A DNA stretch of 64,000 nt. Source: Gordius albopunctatus. Taxonomy: Eukaryota. Made by a program: the position numbers and the translations under genes. The stretch spans positions 2,542,001-2,606,000 of the forward strand of contig OZ193909.1 of assembly GCA_964276515.1 (NCBI GenBank). The letters are read 5' to 3'. Shown here piece after piece: positions 63,101-64,000 of the stretch; the first letter of the stretch is position 1, and each line of letters opens with the position of its first letter. The notes beneath the pieces were generated by a model. The model had not been told where the DNA came from, made no database searches, and was given only the letters and a program-made list of their open reading frames with translations.

Positions 63101-64000
63101 AAACATTTTATGGTGTTTTTTAATGTGGTATTACATTTGGTCCTTGTAAATTATCCTTGAGGGGGAATGTAGAGTCATTTACTTGGTCCAACCCAACAAA
63201 AACTTTTTCCTGTATATAGTGACCCTAAATTAAAGTATAATATATGGGGTTAACACAAAAAGAATCCCATATACTTGTATTATAAAGATGATAGAAAATA
63301 ATATATTTTAAGCTAATTTTACAAAGTCTAACAAATCTTAAATTTAGTGGCAAAAATAATTTATAATTTGTTGAAATTTTACCAGTGGATATTGATAATT
63401 CCCCATTGAACCCAAATTGCTTATCTGAAAGTTTGGGACTTGTGGGTTTGGCAGGTGACTTTTGCCTTTATTTTGTGAAAGGCTTCCATGTTGAATTTGA
63501 TTAGTTATATATGTTATGATTGAATTTATTTTTTTTACAGCATCTAAAATTTTATAAGTATTAAACAAATTTACAATACTAATAAGTTTGTCTTTGTCTT
63601 GTGAAACTACAAAAATTTGACTAATAGCTGAAAAATCTTTTTCATCACTAAAATACATTCACATTTTATCAATTATAAAATTTACTTTTCAAGTGAGTTT
63701 TGCTTCTGTAATTCAATTCTAACAGAATTCTTTTTTTCAATCTATTATTATTATAATAAGTAAAATATATAGGCAAACTTCAGATATTATTTCGTTTTGG
63801 GTAATGATCTTTTTAATAATTGGATCTATATATTCAATATCAATATGATAAGATAGCTTATCATTATTTTTATAAATAATAGTTTCGTCCAAGGGTTGTT
63901 CCTGAAAAAATAATTTTACAAATTAATTTTATATTACATTCGTAATTAAATTATTGGATTTTCCTTTGGCCATCAAGATGGCATTAATTCGAGTTGCCGC
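60198..64000 (-). CDS. KHDC4: KH homology domain-containing protein 4 (KHDC4/BLOM7/KIAA0907-like); 5' end beyond the window
   Basis: [14 protein letters not shown] at the window end. Exons 63224-63135 ([19 protein letters not shown]), 62952-62828 ([41 protein letters not shown]) and 62780-62720 ([17 protein letters not shown]) match the second KH domain of KHDC4. Pro-rich low-complexity exons follow (~62225-62030, ~61690-61480, ~61400-61255), ending ...[16 protein letters not shown] at 60198. Middle exon boundaries are less certain. Confidence 0.88.
60569..60784 (-). mobile_element. tRNA-derived SINE, second copy (in a KHDC4 intron)
   Basis: Shares CAATAGCTGTTTG..TCACACTAAGGTGGTCAGCTTCTTTAGATATTTGGAT with 20251-20304. 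Degenerate A/B boxes (GGGCGTAGTTGG, GGTTCAAATCC on the minus strand); TGTTAAA on both flanks. Confidence 0.8.

Overview
AT-rich, intron-containing animal (invertebrate-type) genomic DNA, not prokaryotic. I reconstructed six spliced protein-coding genes by hand from GT..AG junctions and reading-frame continuity. On the + strand: the 3' part of DDB1 (to 7184), a small CHCHD1/mS37 gene largely missed by the ORF track (8044-8839) and a VTI1A v-SNARE (15839-21451). On the - strand: a 19-exon gene (45180-22085) for a ~1297-aa secreted, probably GPI-anchored protein, an SLC7 LAT-type amino-acid transporter light chain (58013-49421) and most of KHDC4/BLOM7 (from beyond 64000 to 60198). The most interesting object is the 19-exon gene. 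It has six GDNF-receptor-alpha (GFRa/GAS1-type) Cys-rich domains, a heavily N-glycosylated SEA-like region, a Lys/Glu-rich insert, a Thr-rich stalk and a C-terminus resembling RECK, i.e. an apparent GFRa-RECK mosaic. Introns and intergenic DNA are full of hAT-type elements with 8-bp TSDs: a decayed intron-containing transposase, a hAT-in-hAT nest and at least three MITE families. There are also a tRNA-derived SINE and retroelement scraps. Many introns are only 33-47 nt. Family assignments rest on remembered sequences and motifs, not on database searches.
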